From positions 64,001 to 128,000 of the forward strand of contig PSPG01000008.1 of NCBI GenBank assembly GCA_003193925.1: 64,000 nt of DNA. The letters are read 5' to 3'. The notes beneath the pieces were generated by a model. It was not told the origin of the DNA. It was given only the letters and a program-made list of their open reading frames with translations, and ran no database searches. Position 1 is the first letter of the stretch; each line of letters begins with the position of its first letter. Below are positions 59,668 through 64,000 of this stretch, in pieces. A program made the position numbers and the translations under genes. The stretch comes from Candidatus Thalassarchaeum betae (GTDB lineage: Archaea > Thermoplasmatota > Poseidoniia > Poseidoniales > Thalassarchaeaceae).

Positions 59668-60618
59668 ATGGGGTACGCAATCGGGTTCAGCGACGTGCAG
59701 GCCGCTGCAGAGAGGGTCAGAGGCACCGTCAAGCGGACTGCCGTGGTTTCCTCAGAGGATCTCAACGAGATGGCGGGCCGAGAAGTCCTGCTGAAGTGCG
59801 AGAACCTGCAGCACGTTGGCGCCTTCAAGTTCCGCGGCGCCACGAACGCGGTGAAGATGCTCGGTGAAGAGGCTGAGAACGGTGTCTGCACTCACAGCAG
59901 CGGCAATCATGCCCAGGCACTGGCCCTCGCAGCGAAGCAGAGGGGGATCCCGGCCTACATCGTGATGCCGGAGACCGCTCCCCGGGTCAAGGTGGCTGGA
60001 GTAGAGAGCCATGATGCCGAGATAACCTTCTGCGAACCTACACTTGCAGCGAGGGAAGCGACGGCTGCAGATGTGATTGAGCGGACCAATGCGACTCTGG
60101 TGCACCCCTACGACGACCCGAACGTCATCGCGGGGCAGGGTACGGCCGCGATGGAGCTCTTCGAGCAGGCGGGCCCGGTGGATGCGATGATCGCCCCCGT
60201 GGGCGGTGGTGGACTGATGTCGGGGACTTGCATCACCACGCGGGCTCTGCTCCCGGAGACCAGACTATTCGGGGTCGAGCCGGAGGGGGCGGACGACGCT
60301 GCCCGCTCGCTGGCCGCTGGCGAGTACATCCCCCAAACGGGCCCAGACACCATCTGCGACGGTCTGCTGACCAGTATGGGGCAATTGACCTGGCCGATAC
60401 TGAAGGACCATCTCGAGGACATCATCACGGTCAGCGATGACGAGGTTATCGAGGCCATGCGGCTTCTGCTCAAGCACCTAGGGATGGTAGTCGAGCCCAG
60501 CGGCGCGACGACACTCGCGGCAATACTGAGACCCGAGTTCAGGGCGCTCGAAGGAATCGACAGAGTGGGGCTCATACTATCGGGTGGCAATGTGGACCCA
60601 GGAGCAATCGCCTACTAG
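59668..60618 (+). CDS. PLP-dependent serine/threonine dehydratase or serine racemase
   Basis: 'KCENLQ..GAFKFRGA', 'SSGNHAQ', 'GGGGL', 'EPSGA', 'SGGN'. Confidence 0.93.
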   Translation: MGYAIGFSDVQAAAERVRGTVKRTAVVSSEDLNEMAGREVLLKCENLQHVGAFKFRGATNAVKMLGEEAENGVCTHSSGNHAQALALAAKQRGIPAYIVMPETAPRVKVAGVESHDAEITFCEPTLAAREATAADVIERTNATLVHPYDDPNVIAGQGTAAMELFEQAGPVDAMIAPVGGGGLMSGTCITTRALLPETRLFGVEPEGADDAARSLAAGEYIPQTGPDTICDGLLTSMGQLTWPILKDHLEDIITVSDDEVIEAMRLLLKHLGMVVEPSGATTLAAILRPEFRALEGIDRVGLILSGGNVDPGAIAY

Positions 60619-60639
60619 GGCGGTCGCTGAGACCGAAGA

Positions 60640-60713
60640 TGGAGCACGGGCCGGGATTTGCACCCGGGTCCATGGATCTGCAGTCCATTGCATAGCTGCT
60701 CTGCCACCCGTGC
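60640..60713 (-). tRNA. tRNA-Cys (GCA), CCA encoded, no intron
   Basis: GCACGGG TGGCAGAGCAGCTATGCA ATGGA CT GCA GA TCCAT GGAC CCGGG TGCAAAT CCCGG CCCGTGC T CCA; U73 discriminator. Confidence 0.95.
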
Positions 60714-60822
60714 AGTGACTCTCGACCCCCGAGGGCCCCTTGAAGACTCTTTGGAAGGCGGCGAGGCCACATTCAGGGGACTTGGCGCATAGTTCATCCC
60801 CAGTCAGCCACCCGCCGGCGAT

Positions 60823-61956
60823 ATGCCTGAGATTTCTTCACGCTACGACGGGCTTGGCGTGGGCTTCGCTCCGTATCTGCAGCCCCCAGGGCCCGAAGTC
60901 GTTCGCTGGACCGTGGGCGAGCCCGGCTTCGATGCTCCGAGCGAGGTCATCGAAGCGGCAATCAAGGGGCTCGAGGATGGCAATACGAAGTACACCCGCG
61001 GAGCCGGCTCGATGGAACTGTGCCAAGCCGTGTCCGACTATCTCGCCCGTCATCACAGTATCGAAGTGGCGGCGGATGACGTGGTCATCACGCCGGGCGC
61101 CAAGCAGGCCCTGCTGTATTCGTTCATGATCACGACCATGCCCGGCGACGAGGCCATCCTGCTCGCTCCCTCGTGGGCTTCCTACGAGCCGATGCTCAAC
61201 CTGATTGGGGCGACCCCAGTGAACGTCCCGGTCAGGAAGGACAACTTCCACCCAGACATCGATGCCATTCGGGCGGCGGTCACCGAGAAGACGCGGATGA
61301 TCCTAATCAACTCGCCCTGCAACCCAACGGGGGCTGTGTTCACCCCCGACGAGATCCAGGCGATTGTCGACATAGCCGCCGAGCACGACTTCTGGATAGT
61401 CTCAGACGAGATCTACGCCAGACTGGTGTGGATGGACTACCCGCACGTCTCCCCCTCGACTCTTCCCGGAGGCAAGGAGCGCACGCTGATAGTCAACGGG
61501 TGGTCGAAGTCATGGGCGATGACGGGGATGAGGCTGGGCTTTCTCACGGGACCCCCCAATGCGATGAGAGCGGCCATAAAGACGCAAGCCAACTCAGCCT
61601 CGCACGTTCCCACTTTCATGATGCACGCGGCTGCGGTGGCGCTGGGTTGCGATGACTCGGTCGAGGAATTCAACCGAGAGTACCTGAAGCGACGCGAAAT
61701 CATGACCGACGGGCTGGCGGAACTTCCAGGTCTGAGGGTGGTCGAGCCAGAGGGAGCGTTCTACGTATTCGTCGATATCACCGCTACGGGAATGACCGAC
61801 ATCGAGTTCGCCGACGGCGCTCTCGAGGCCGGTGTCCAGTTGATTCCGACCTCGCTCATCACCGGCGGCGAGGGCTTCGTCAGAATCTCCTACGCCGCCG
61901 ACGAGGAGGCGATTCACGAAGGGCTGCGGCGCTTGCGAGCGTGGCTTGTGGATTAG
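60823..61956 (+). CDS. Class I/II aminotransferase (aspartate aminotransferase-like)
   Basis: 'GEPGF', 'GAKQA', 'NSPCNPTG', 'SDEIY', 'SKSWAMTGMRLG'. Confidence 0.95.
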   Translation: MPEISSRYDGLGVGFAPYLQPPGPEVVRWTVGEPGFDAPSEVIEAAIKGLEDGNTKYTRGAGSMELCQAVSDYLARHHSIEVAADDVVITPGAKQALLYSFMITTMPGDEAILLAPSWASYEPMLNLIGATPVNVPVRKDNFHPDIDAIRAAVTEKTRMILINSPCNPTGAVFTPDEIQAIVDIAAEHDFWIVSDEIYARLVWMDYPHVSPSTLPGGKERTLIVNGWSKSWAMTGMRLGFLTGPPNAMRAAIKTQANSASHVPTFMMHAAAVALGCDDSVEEFNREYLKRREIMTDGLAELPGLRVVEPEGAFYVFVDITATGMTDIEFADGALEAGVQLIPTSLITGGEGFVRISYAADEEAIHEGLRRLRAWLVD

Positions 61957-61991
61957 TCACCTTGAAATCGGGAAATAGACGCAGAGGACGC

Positions 61992-62378
61992 ATGAGCGGC
62001 TCCGCAGCGCACGGCGGGCATATCCTGCTGGACTACATCGGCTACGCCCCGCCAGTCGACAACGACGGCGATTGGATGCTGCAAGTGCTGCGCGACAGCG
62101 TCAGGAAAGCAGGTATCAGGGAGGTCCACTCCCATGTCGCGCAGTTCGACGGTGATGGCAGCCCGCCCGGCTTCGCAGCTGTCGTGCTGATCGACGAGAG
62201 CCATGTCAGCGCCCACTGCTACTCGGACAGAGGCCTGCTGGCAATCGACATCTTCACCTGCGGGGGCAACGACCCCGCCCCCCTAGCGGACGACATTCAC
62301 GAAGCGCTGCAGAGCGCCGTCCCCGGACTCGTGCTGTCAGGACGCGAGCATATCGACAGATTATCAGCGTTAGAATAG
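61992..62378 (+). CDS. speD: Pyruvoyl-dependent S-adenosylmethionine decarboxylase family proenzyme
   Basis: 'GGHILLD', cleavage site 'DESHVSAH', 'DIFTCG'. Confidence 0.88.
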   Translation: MSGSAAHGGHILLDYIGYAPPVDNDGDWMLQVLRDSVRKAGIREVHSHVAQFDGDGSPPGFAAVVLIDESHVSAHCYSDRGLLAIDIFTCGGNDPAPLADDIHEALQSAVPGLVLSGREHIDRLSALE

Positions 62379-63611
62379 ATTCGTGAAATCGCTGCACTGC
62401 TCTGATATTCTCAGCAATTGATTGTACTTCGATGTGCGATCGCTCCTCGCAGGAGCGCCGGTCTTGATCTGCCCGGCGTTCGTGCCGACGGCGAAGTCTG
62501 CGATGATGTCGTCCGAGGTCTCGCCCGAGCGGTGGCTGATGACGGTGGCAAAGCCCGCGGCACGGGCCATCTCAATGACGCGCAGGGTCTCGGTGACCGT
62601 GCCTATCTGGTTGAGTTTGATGAGGATGGCATTGCTCGCGCCCTCGGCTATGCCTCTGGCGAAGCGTGTGGGGTTGGTCACGTAGAGGTCGTCGCCGACA
62701 ATCTGCACCCGGTGCCCCTCACGGGCCGTGAATTCGACCCAGGACTCCCAGTCATCCTCGCCGAACGCGTCCTCGAGCGATACTATCGGGTAACTGTCCA
62801 GCCATGAGGAGTAGAGCGCGCCCAGCTCGGTGCCGGACATCGCCTTGCCGTCGATGTGGTAGCCGTCCTCACGGTGGAACTCCTGCGCGGCGCAGTCGAG
62901 GGCGATCGATATCTGCTCGCCGGGCGTGTATCCGGCTCGCTTTATGGCTCCGAGCACGTGGCGCAGCCCGTCCTCGTTGCGCGGGAGGTTCGGCGCGAAG
63001 CCGCCTTCATCACCAACGCCGCCGAGCATTCCCTCCTCTTCAAGCACCGATTTCAGCGCGTGGTACGTCTCCACGCCTGCGCGCAGGGCCTCTGGAAAGC
63101 TGTCGAATCCGTGAGGTACGACCATGAACTCCTGGATGTCGACGTTCGAGGCTGCGTGCACGCCGCCGTTGAGGATGTTCATCTGCGGCACAGGCAGACT
63201 GCTGGGGCCACTGCCCGCGAGGTACGTCCACAGGATTCCGCCTGCAGCTGCCCTCAGGCACGCCATCGAGGCACCGAGGACCGCGTTGGCGCCGAGGCGC
63301 CCTTTGTTCGCTGTCCCATCGAGTGCGACTAGGGCGGCGTCGATGCCCTCTTGGTCGGCCACGTCCATGCCAATCAGAGCATCACAGATCTCGCCGTTGA
63401 CATTGGCTGCGGCCACCTCGACGCCCTTGCCGCCCCACTCAGCGCCTCCGTCGCGCAACTCCACGGCCTCATGACTGCCGGTGCTGGCACCAGATGGAAC
63501 CGCAGCGCGGCCGCGCAGTACCCCGTCCACATAGCAGTCGACCTCGACGGTCGGGTTGCCGCGAGAATCCAGTATCATCCGAGCGGAGAGGTCGCTCACA
63601 GCGCCACTCAT
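62370..63611 (-). CDS. eno: Enolase
   Basis: 'DSRGNPTVE', 'VPSGASTG', 'GDEGG', 'IKLNQIGT', 'SHRSGET'. Confidence 0.97.
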   Translation of the reverse strand: MSGAVSDLSARMILDSRGNPTVEVDCYVDGVLRGRAAVPSGASTGSHEAVELRDGGAEWGGKGVEVAAANVNGEICDALIGMDVADQEGIDAALVALDGTANKGRLGANAVLGASMACLRAAAGGILWTYLAGSGPSSLPVPQMNILNGGVHAASNVDIQEFMVVPHGFDSFPEALRAGVETYHALKSVLEEEGMLGGVGDEGGFAPNLPRNEDGLRHVLGAIKRAGYTPGEQISIALDCAAQEFHREDGYHIDGKAMSGTELGALYSSWLDSYPIVSLEDAFGEDDWESWVEFTAREGHRVQIVGDDLYVTNPTRFARGIAEGASNAILIKLNQIGTVTETLRVIEMARAAGFATVISHRSGETSDDIIADFAVGTNAGQIKTGAPARSDRTSKYNQLLRISEQCSDFTNLF

Positions 63612-63660
63612 TGGTGCGGCGACCTGCCGGCCCCCTCTCAAGGTTGCGCAGAGGAAACAC

Positions 63661-64000
63661 TCAGACGTTGAGCCAACTTAGCCACCGAGCGACCCTTCCT
63701 TGGATCTCTGGCACTTCCATCTCAGAGCGGCAGCAGTGCTCCCAGCTGAGTTGCTCCTCGGTCGGCGAGATCGAGAACAACTCGGCGCGGAACAGGACTC
63801 CGTCATGCTCCTGGCACTTGCCGCGGTTGTCGTCAACGAAGCAGTGGAGAAGGTGCTTGGGGAAGTGTTGCATCTTGCCAGCGGAGGGGCTGCAGAACAT
63901 GACGCTCCTCTCGAGGAAGAGCAGCGAGTCGCCAGTGCATTGGTCGACCTCGTGGCCGAGCACCCTAGAGCCAGTCAGCAGAGATGCGACATCGACGTTG
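63661..64000 (-). CDS. Hypothetical protein (5'-truncated by window edge)
   Basis: Frame is open to the window end; no recognised motif. Confidence 0.65.
   Translation of the reverse strand, partial: NVDVASLLTGSRVLGHEVDQCTGDSLLFLERSVMFCSPSAGKMQHFPKHLLHCFVDDNRGKCQEHDGVLFRAELFSISPTEEQLSWEHCCRSEMEVPEIQGRVARWLSWLNV

Noticed and set aside
60600-60830. Integrated element at tRNA-Cys
   Set aside because: Flanked by housekeeping genes; no integrase or duplicated tRNA 3' end seen

Overview
High-GC, very densely packed archaeal chromosome segment. The gene set (uS4-uS11-Rpo3, PolD DP2, PriL, NreA, Pcc1, pantoate kinase/phosphopantothenate synthetase, MptE) together with many bacterial-type enzymes (LeuRS core, MetK, Rpe, Grx4/BolA, FumC, GcvH) and a giant Asp-rich surface protein suggests Marine Group II / Poseidoniales (Thermoplasmatota); this assignment is inference. 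It holds about 60 CDS and one tRNA-Cys; I found no transposase, integrase or CRISPR-Cas. The most unexplained feature is a ~1 kb non-coding locus (27349-28387) between convergent genes. It has an archaeal BRE/TATA-like promoter, 5' and 3' hairpin clusters, and an almost T-free purine array of a 60-nt unit built from 10-nt phased blocks, making it a candidate GGA-rich long ncRNA or a chromosomal cis-element. It sits directly downstream of a fumarase fused to an N-terminal ribbon-helix-helix DNA-binding domain. Other oddities: a ~218-bp diverged direct repeat bracketing a PGF-CTERM-like gene, a membrane-anchored SAP-domain protein, a CDIN1/TPD-like nuclease, two membrane zinc-finger paralogues, a DNA methyltransferase-like protein with a degenerate motif IV, a frameshifted OFOR alpha gene, and many zero-gap convergent stop-codon junctions.
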